This document shows, one piece after another, positions 58,098 through 64,000 of a stretch of DNA of 64,000 nucleotides. The number at the start of each line of letters is the position of its first letter. The first letter of the stretch is position 1. Location: positions 112,096-176,095 of the forward strand of contig CAWDOY010000047.1 in NCBI GenBank assembly GCA_963803975.1. Direction: 5' to 3'. The translations under genes and the position numbers were made by a program. The DNA is from an uncultured delta proteobacterium (GTDB lineage Bacteria; Desulfobacterota; WTBG01; CAIYCZ01). Under the pieces are notes generated by a model that searched no databases, was not told the origin of the DNA, and saw nothing but the letters and a program-made list of their open reading frames with translations.

Positions 58098-58673
58098 ATG
58101 ATGACGCGGGCGGTATTTCTTGACCGGGACGGCACCATTAATGTTGACGTTGGCTATCTGAACCACCCTGACCAGATGGAGCTGATTCCCCGGGCTGGTG
58201 ATGCGATCAGGCTGCTCAATGAGGCTGGCTTTAAAGCAGTAGTGGTCACGAACCAGGCAGGAATTGCCAGGGGGCTTCTTCAGGAAGAATTATTGCCCGC
58301 AATCCACCAGCGTCTTTCAGCGCTGCTTGATCAAGAGAAGGCGCGGATTGACGGCTATTACTATTGCCCGCACCATCCCGAGGCGGCCATAGAACAGTAC
58401 CGGATTGCCTGCCAGTGCCGCAAACCTTTTCCCGGCCTGATACGTACGGCTGCTGCTGACCTGGGAATTGATGTGGCGCGCTCCTGGGTCATCGGCGATA
58501 AATCATGCGACATAGAACTTGCCCACAACGTTGGGGCCGGGGCAGTTATGGTCATGACCGGATATGGCAAAACTGAATTGGCGCTTCATGAAGAGTCGCA
58601 GCGTCAGCCTCCGCATCACATTGCAGCAGATCTGTATGCTGCGGCGCAATGGATTCTCAGGGAGAGCCGGTAA
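58098..58673 (+). CDS. gmhB: D-glycero-D-manno-heptose 1,7-bisphosphate phosphatase (HAD-IIIA)
   Basis: FLDRDGTIN motif I, VVTNQ motif II, Cys-x-His zinc motif CPHHP...C.CRKP, GDK.CD motif. Confidence 0.75.
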   Translation: MMTRAVFLDRDGTINVDVGYLNHPDQMELIPRAGDAIRLLNEAGFKAVVVTNQAGIARGLLQEELLPAIHQRLSALLDQEKARIDGYYYCPHHPEAAIEQYRIACQCRKPFPGLIRTAAADLGIDVARSWVIGDKSCDIELAHNVGAGAVMVMTGYGKTELALHEESQRQPPHHIAADLYAAAQWILRESR

Positions 58674-58715
58674 GCAGCGGAGGATGCAGATAAACGCAGA
58701 TGTAAGGGATGCATA

Positions 58716-58907
58716 ATGATAAGCAAAGGAGAGCGTATGGCCCTAAGCAAAGACTTACTTGATATTCTTGCCTGTCCCCAGTGCAAAGGAGATATTCGGT
58801 TAAATGAAAAACAGGATGGTCTTATCTGTGATACGTGCAAACTGCTCTATCACATTAAAGACGACATCCCTATCATGCTGATTGATGAGGCAACGAAGCT
58901 GGAATAA
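58716..58907 (+). CDS. Trm112-like small protein (UPF0434/YcaR family)
   Basis: LLDILACPQCKGDIRLNEKQDGLICDTCKLLYHIKDDIPIML. Probable start at MALSKD (58737). Confidence 0.6.
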   Translation: MISKGERMALSKDLLDILACPQCKGDIRLNEKQDGLICDTCKLLYHIKDDIPIMLIDEATKLE

Positions 58908-58924
58908 TGGTAGCCATCAGCGCA

Positions 58925-58970
58925 CAGCTATCAGCATTCAGCTAGTTTTTTAGCTGACAACTGATAGCTG
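58925..58970. terminator. Bidirectional hairpin between convergent genes
   Basis: CAGCTATCAG...AGCTAgttttttAGCT...CTGATAGCTG. Confidence 0.45.
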
Positions 58971-58986
58971 ACGGCTGACTGCTTCA

Positions 58987-60319
58987 TCAGTATGCCGGAT
59001 AACCGAGCCGTGTGGCCGGCTTCATCATAGCGATGGCCTGCTCGGGGGTAAATTGTGCAAGCTTTTCTGCCAGCTGCGGCCGCTCTTTTTTAATCCGATC
59101 CAGATGCGGCTGCATTCCCCGCATGATATGCCCGTAGAGGTTAAAGGGATTGAGAGACCAGAACAGTTTCTGGGTAATAACCTTGTGCAGATAATTTAAT
59201 TCATCCTCGTTAAAAATACGGAAAAAGACCGGATAGCAGAGAAAGTCTTTATAGTCATGCGTTTCCGGCCAGTTCTTCTGCCACCACTCAATATAGTCCA
59301 TAACGCCTTCCCGGTCGGCCTTGCCGGTATGCAGTGCTTTGCAGACCGCATTGGCTGCCTTATGACCTGACAGCAGTGCCCCGGTATTTTCAGCTTCGGC
59401 AAACCAGCAGCTGTCCCCCACAAACAGCACATTGTCCTTGAATGGTTCCCGGGCAGGGCCCCAGGCATTGATCACCGCGCAGCGCTTGTGCGTTACCTCG
59501 ACCTTGTTGAACCATTTGCTGAAGGTGCTCTTCTGGGTGAAAAATTTAAGCTTTTCATCACCGTGCGATATAGAGCCAGTATTCGTCATCCCGGTAAGGG
59601 CTCGGGAGCATGCAGAAATGTACTGACCCCAGGTTCCCCTGATGGTCAAACGCATTGCCCATGCAGATCATCTCCGAGCGGTCAAATTTGACACCGGTTA
59701 TATAATAGCTTACCGAGGCGGAGGTGAAGAGAAAAACTCTTTCCTGGTTCAAACCAAGCCTTCGTGCCAGGCGGGAGTTGATGCCGTCGGCAGCAATACA
59801 GAAGGTACCGGTAATCTTGTCCCCGTTGCTTGTCAGCACCTCGACTCCTGCTGCCGTCTTGCCTGACATCAACAACATTTCGCTCAAGATAAAAATCAAC
59901 CCCTGCCGTCTGTGCTTCTTCAAACAGGCCCTGCAAGCAGTGCTTCCTTGTTAAAAACAACTGCCGCCAGTGTCCTGGCCCGATGCATTTGCTTCATAAT
60001 CCCCTATTTCAATACGGTCCTCGGCATTGGGAGCGATGAAGTGGGTCCCATAGAATTCGCGGTAGCTGCCCTTATAGTTGACGGAAAAGTTATTCACCGG
60101 AAAAATCCACTTCTGCTTTTCACGGGAAAAGTACATTCGCTCATTATAGAACGAATCCATGTTCATCAGAAACATCTGAGCGCAGGCCCGGTACACGAGG
60201 GCAGGATGGGTTTTTCTCTCCAGAAGAGCCACGCTCAATCCATTTTCAGCCGCGGTTTTTGCAGCCTCCAGGCCTGATGTACCTCCCCCGACAACAACGA
60301 GATCATATTTCTTGCTCAT
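58987..60319 (-). CDS. FAD-dependent oxidoreductase, geranylgeranyl-reductase/FixC-like family, paralog 1 (two frameshifts)
   Basis: DLVVVGGGTSGLEAAKTAAENG Rossmann motif. CIAADGINSRLAR. C-terminal GDSCWFAEAENTGAL. Three ORF pieces. Confidence 0.65.
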
Positions 60320-60475
60320 GGATCAACCTCTCTGAAATGTACTATTATAAGTCCGTCGCCGGCACTGAGATTTTTTTGCTGTCCCCTGTATTCTCTTGTC
60401 TGCTCGCCCGCCGTAGCTTTATGCGCATGTGGATAGCGAAGGCGGGTCTTCTGTATTCTGTTCTCTGCCATCTCT

Positions 60476-61802
60476 TTAATAGTTCGGATACCCTGCCCGG
60501 GAGGCCGGCTTCATCATGGTAGTTGCCATCTCGGGCCGGAACATGGCGATCTTTTTCGCCAGAGCGGGGCGTTCCTGCTTGATCCGCTCAATATGCGGCT
60601 GTATGCCGATCATTACCCGCTCATAGAGCTTGAACGGGTTCATGGTCCAGGGCAGCTTCTGCGTGACAATCTGATGCAAATAGTTGTGCTCATCTTCAGT
60701 AAACAGGCGGTTAAAAACCGGGTAGCAGAGAAACTCCTTGTAATCATGGGTTTCAAGCCAGTTGCGCTGCCACCACTCGATATAATCCATGACCCCTTCC
60801 CGGCCGGGCTGTCCCGCTGTGCAATGCCGTGCAGACCGCATGGGCGGCCTTGTGGCCGGACAGCAGCGCGCCGGTGTTTTCCGCCTCGGCAAACCAGCAG
60901 CTGTCCCCGACAAACAGCACGTTGTCCTTGAACGGTTCCTTTGCCGGGCTCCAGTTGTTGATAACCGCGCAGCGCTTATGGGTCACCTGGACATTATGAA
61001 ACCATTTTTTAAACGGGCTTTTCTGGACAAAATACTCGAACCGCTCCGCGCTTTGGATATAGAGCCAGTACTCGTCATCGCGGTAAACGCTCGGCAGCAT
61101 GGAAAAAGGAAATGTGCCGCGCCCGCTGGGGCCTGGGCAGATGCCGAGGAAAATGACCTCGGAGCGATCAAACTTGACCCCGGTTATATAATAGCTGATC
61201 GCCTTGCCGGTGTTGCAGAACACCCGGTCCTTATTCAACCCGAGCTTTCGTGCCAGCCGTGAATTTGCGCCATCCGCAGCAATGCAGAAGGTCCCGGTAA
61301 ATTTCTCACCGCTGGTTGTCAATACCTCAACGCCCTGAGCGGTTTTGCGGGCATCTATCACGTTGCGCTCAAGATAATAGGTAACGCCTGCCTTTTTTCC
61401 CTCGGCATACAAACCGCCCAGCAGAACACCCTTGTCAAAAACCACTGCCGGGATTCCCGCACCTGTTGCATTGGCTTCATAGTCGCCGATCTCGATCCGG
61501 TCTTCTGCATTGGGGGCAATGAAATGGCATCCGTAAAATTCCCGGTAGGTACCCGGATAGTTAACCGTGAAATTATTGACCGGGAACACCCATTTTTTTG
61601 TTTCACGGGAAAAGTACATCCGTTCATTATAGAACGAATCCATGTTCATCAGAAACATCTGGGCGCAGGAGCGCTGAATTTTTCCGGGATCAGTTTTCCG
61701 CTCCAGAAGAGCAACCGCGAGTCCGTTTTCAGCCGCGGTCTTTGCAGCTTCCAGCCCTGAAGTGCCGCCGCCCACCACTATGAGATCAAACTTTTTTGCC
61801 AT
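60476..61802 (-). CDS. FAD-dependent oxidoreductase, geranylgeranyl-reductase/FixC-like family, paralog 2 (one frameshift)
   Basis: ~70% identical to paralog 1. DLIVVGGGTSGLEAAKTAAENG, CIAADGANSRLAR, GDSCWFAEAENTGALLSGH. Confidence 0.7.
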
Positions 61803-61971
61803 AACAAACTCCAGACTTTTCAGATAACACTATACCCGGTCTTTACCGGGCACACCATACCATAACCATGCGGGGTTAAAAAGTAGAATTTGCATCCCGT
61901 GATGATGGGGTGCTGTCCATTGCTTGCCCGCCGTAGCTTTATGCGAAGGCGGGTTGACTATTGCCTGCTGC

Positions 61972-62859
61972 CTATTGCCTATTGCCTAATACACGCTCTA
62001 TAGCCCAACGCAATTTCCGCAGCCGGAGAAACAGCCGCATGCGCATAAAATCTTTTCTCAGTCTTTTCCTGATGCCGGCATCTGTCCCCCAGTAGGAGCG
62101 AAGGAAATAAAGCTGGTCCCGCTCTGTCAGCGCCAGGCCCTGCCGGCTCAGTTTTACCATAGAGCGGCAGCAGCGCACCATATTGCTGCTGCGCTGGGCA
62201 GGAGAAATGTTTTCCTGTGCCCGCGATTTATCCCAGTCTATTATATAAACCGTATTCCGGTGCTCCGCATCTATGAGAATATTTTTCAGGTTCAGGTCCC
62301 CGTGGTAAAAGCCCCGGTCGTGCATAGCGCGGATGGCCCGCGCTGCCCGTGCAAGGAGCGCTCTCCTTTGTTTCTGAACGTTTCTTCAGCTGTTTCGGCA
62401 CGGGCGGCGCTTAAAAATGCCGGCAGATCTCTGCACCCGGAAAGCTCTCTGGTTATAAGATAGCCGCGATAGAATGGCCCGGCAACCCTGAACGCGACCG
62501 CGGCCAGTACCGCTGCGGTGGGAATGCCGGCTTGCAGGGCAGCTGCGCCCACCCGCAGCTCTTCTAAAGGCCGCTGGTCCCCCCAGTACAGGTCCCGCAC
62601 CAGAAAACGCAGCAGCCCTCCCCGGCGATAGGTCTTTATGATCATGCGCTCGCCGGGTCTGCCCGTCTATGGGAACTGCAGGCGTTGCGCCTCTTCCGCT
62701 ATAGCGGGCAGAGCTGTCCCGGCACAGGGCACGGAGCTTTTCAGGATTATCTATACCCTGCTGCAGCAGCTCTGCCTTATAGTCTTCCCGGACAACCACG
62801 GTTGTATGGCTGTCCCTGATAAGAGCAAATCCCGGGGGGCATGTAGCAGATGGTTTCAT
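61972..62859 (-). CDS. Kdo / lipopolysaccharide-kinase-family protein (KdkA/InaA-like), multiple frameshifts
   Basis: Catalytic loop HDRGFYHGDLNLKNILID and YIIDWDKS (DFG-equivalent). The N-terminal parts lie in other frames. Confidence 0.55.
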
Positions 62860-63095
62860 TAAGACGCCTGCCAAGGGTATTGTTAGTTCTGCCGGAGGTG
62901 AACCAGCACCGCCTGAGCCGCATAATAAAATCCCCCTGCCGTCTCTGTCAAATACTAAAATTAACAGGCCCCGGCGCAGGAAGGCCGGGGCCTGTTCCAT
63001 AATCATCCCGTTGTTGCGCAGTCATCCGGGTTCCGGAGGTCGTTCATTCCGCTGTCAGTTCCCTGTGCAACGGATTTCATACCACAGCCGGGCCA

Positions 63096-63650
63096 CTATT
63101 TATCGAACTGGGGATCCCCTTCAAATTTTATAGACTCAATACAGACACCTTTTATACCGCCATAGCCGGGGTAAACTTCCCCGTACACTTCTACTTCCCT
63201 TCCCACCAGGGGAACCAGCGTGGCCCACGTGTTCAGCTTTGGTCCTTTTTTCTGCGCCTCAGTTAAGACTCTCGGTATGCGGGGTGAATTCATGCTCTGA
63301 GATACGCTTTCACCTTTCCGCGGGGTCGGGTAATACAGGGTCCCGTCTTTGGTGAGAATAAAAACCTTGCTGTTCCGCTCTGCGCTGAATTTGGCAGGCC
63401 GCAGCTCTTCTTTCGAATAGGGCTGTTCATAATTTTTTTGTGGTGAGGTAGTACCGTTAAAAAGAGAATTTCCCTCCACAGCAACACCTTTTACGGTCTT
63501 TCCCTCCTGAGCCGCAGCAGAAAACTTGTCCTCTATAATCTTCATGCGCTCTTCATACGTAAGTTTTTTAGCTGCTGCCTCTTCAGCCTGGACTGATTGT
63601 GCAAAAAATATGGACACCAGAGCAATAAATATATATTTCCAATTTCTCAT
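63096..63650 (-). CDS. Secreted hypothetical protein
   Basis: Signal peptide MRNWKYIFIALVSIFFAQSVQA and a GGAGGAGA RBS. Confidence 0.5.
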   Translation of the reverse strand: MRNWKYIFIALVSIFFAQSVQAEEAAAKKLTYEERMKIIEDKFSAAAQEGKTVKGVAVEGNSLFNGTTSPQKNYEQPYSKEELRPAKFSAERNSKVFILTKDGTLYYPTPRKGESVSQSMNSPRIPRVLTEAQKKGPKLNTWATLVPLVGREVEVYGEVYPGYGGIKGVCIESIKFEGDPQFDK

Positions 63651-63703
63651 ATTCTCCTCCTCTAATCATTAAAAAGTGCTTAAACGTGACGATCGTGTTT
63701 CAA

Positions 63704-63985
63704 TTATATAACATCCTTTGATTCTATCGCTTCCCTTTTTCTCTTGCGCAGATCATTGATAATTAAATAGGTTGAAACCGCAAAACCGCCGATAATGACC
63801 GACATGATGGGCCAGTTGATATGCACCCAGGGTTCTTTCAGCATGCCCCATTTGGCAAGAATTTCCACATCATTCCACAGAATGGTCACGGTCGGAATAG
63901 CGTACTTCAAATTGGCCCCGAATTTGTCATATCCTAGCAGTTTATAGCAGAGGTAGAAAAACACTGAGAACGAGGCAAAAAACAC
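63704..63985 (-). CDS. Small membrane protein (2-3 TM helices), hypothetical
   Basis: Hydrophobic segments FFASFSVFFYLCY and IMSVIIGGFAVSTYLII. It starts with ATG inside the window, but may belong to a larger gene if there are upstream frameshifts. Confidence 0.35.
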   Translation of the reverse strand: MFFASFSVFFYLCYKLLGYDKFGANLKYAIPTVTILWNDVEILAKWGMLKEPWVHINWPIMSVIIGGFAVSTYLIINDLRKRKREAIESKDVI

Positions 63986-64000
63986 GAGATAGGTGAACCA

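Noticed and set aside
61960-61995. CTATTGCCT tandem repeats considered as a CRISPR array
   Set aside because: The units are only 9 nt, contiguous with no spacers, and lie inside a coding 3' end. No cas genes anywhere in the window.

Overview
This is a 64-kb chromosomal window from a GC-rich (~58%) anaerobe. The LivK/PaaK/IorAB sequences, syntrophic-type gene content and TAT/lipoprotein signals look like a Desulfobacterota (deltaproteobacterial) genome, but that is only a guess. About 80% of coding is on the minus strand.

Layout:
- tRNA-Pro(GGG) sits at the left edge (340-416), with a terminator after it.
- An AT-rich (~40% GC) islet (589-4640) follows. It holds a tandem array of paralogous secreted modular proteins: signal peptide, variable Cys-rich or beta-helix module, poly-Thr linker and a conserved ~95-aa C-terminal domain. 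It also has a 3' gene remnant and GTCAC-repeat hairpins.
- A flavodoxin-like gene (5138..6153) is flanked by two ~200-bp direct repeats. Each repeat carries a perfect sigma70 promoter (TTGACA-17-TATATT).
- A ~20-kb same-strand supra-operon spans 7921-27672. It encodes iorA-iorB, three PaaK-family ligases, two ACT-domain proteins, livK-livK-livH-livM-livG-livF, two alkaline-phosphatase-family proteins, a small RHH-like protein, a membrane protein and a sulfotransferase.
- Housekeeping genes follow: ileS-lspA-lgt, parA-like, aroF (with a candidate attenuator leader), dgt-like, asmA, nfo, prfB (with its programmed +1 frameshift), lnt, fadD, purB, gmhB and a Trm112-like gene.
- There is a c-di-GMP/cNMP signalling pair: a membrane cyclase-TPR-HD-GYP protein and a divergent PilZ.
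- Tandem FixC-like flavoproteins, a Kdo/LPS-kinase-like gene and several secreted hypotheticals complete the window.

Non-coding structure is rich:
- a two-copy MITE-like element with terminal inverted repeats;
- at least four intergenic long imperfect hairpins built from degenerate hexamer repeats;
- several rho-independent terminators.

Many genes, including essential ones, are split by single-base indels. Several of these sit in homopolymer runs, so most frameshifts are probably assembly errors rather than real pseudogenes. No rRNA, CRISPR, integrase or transposase was found.
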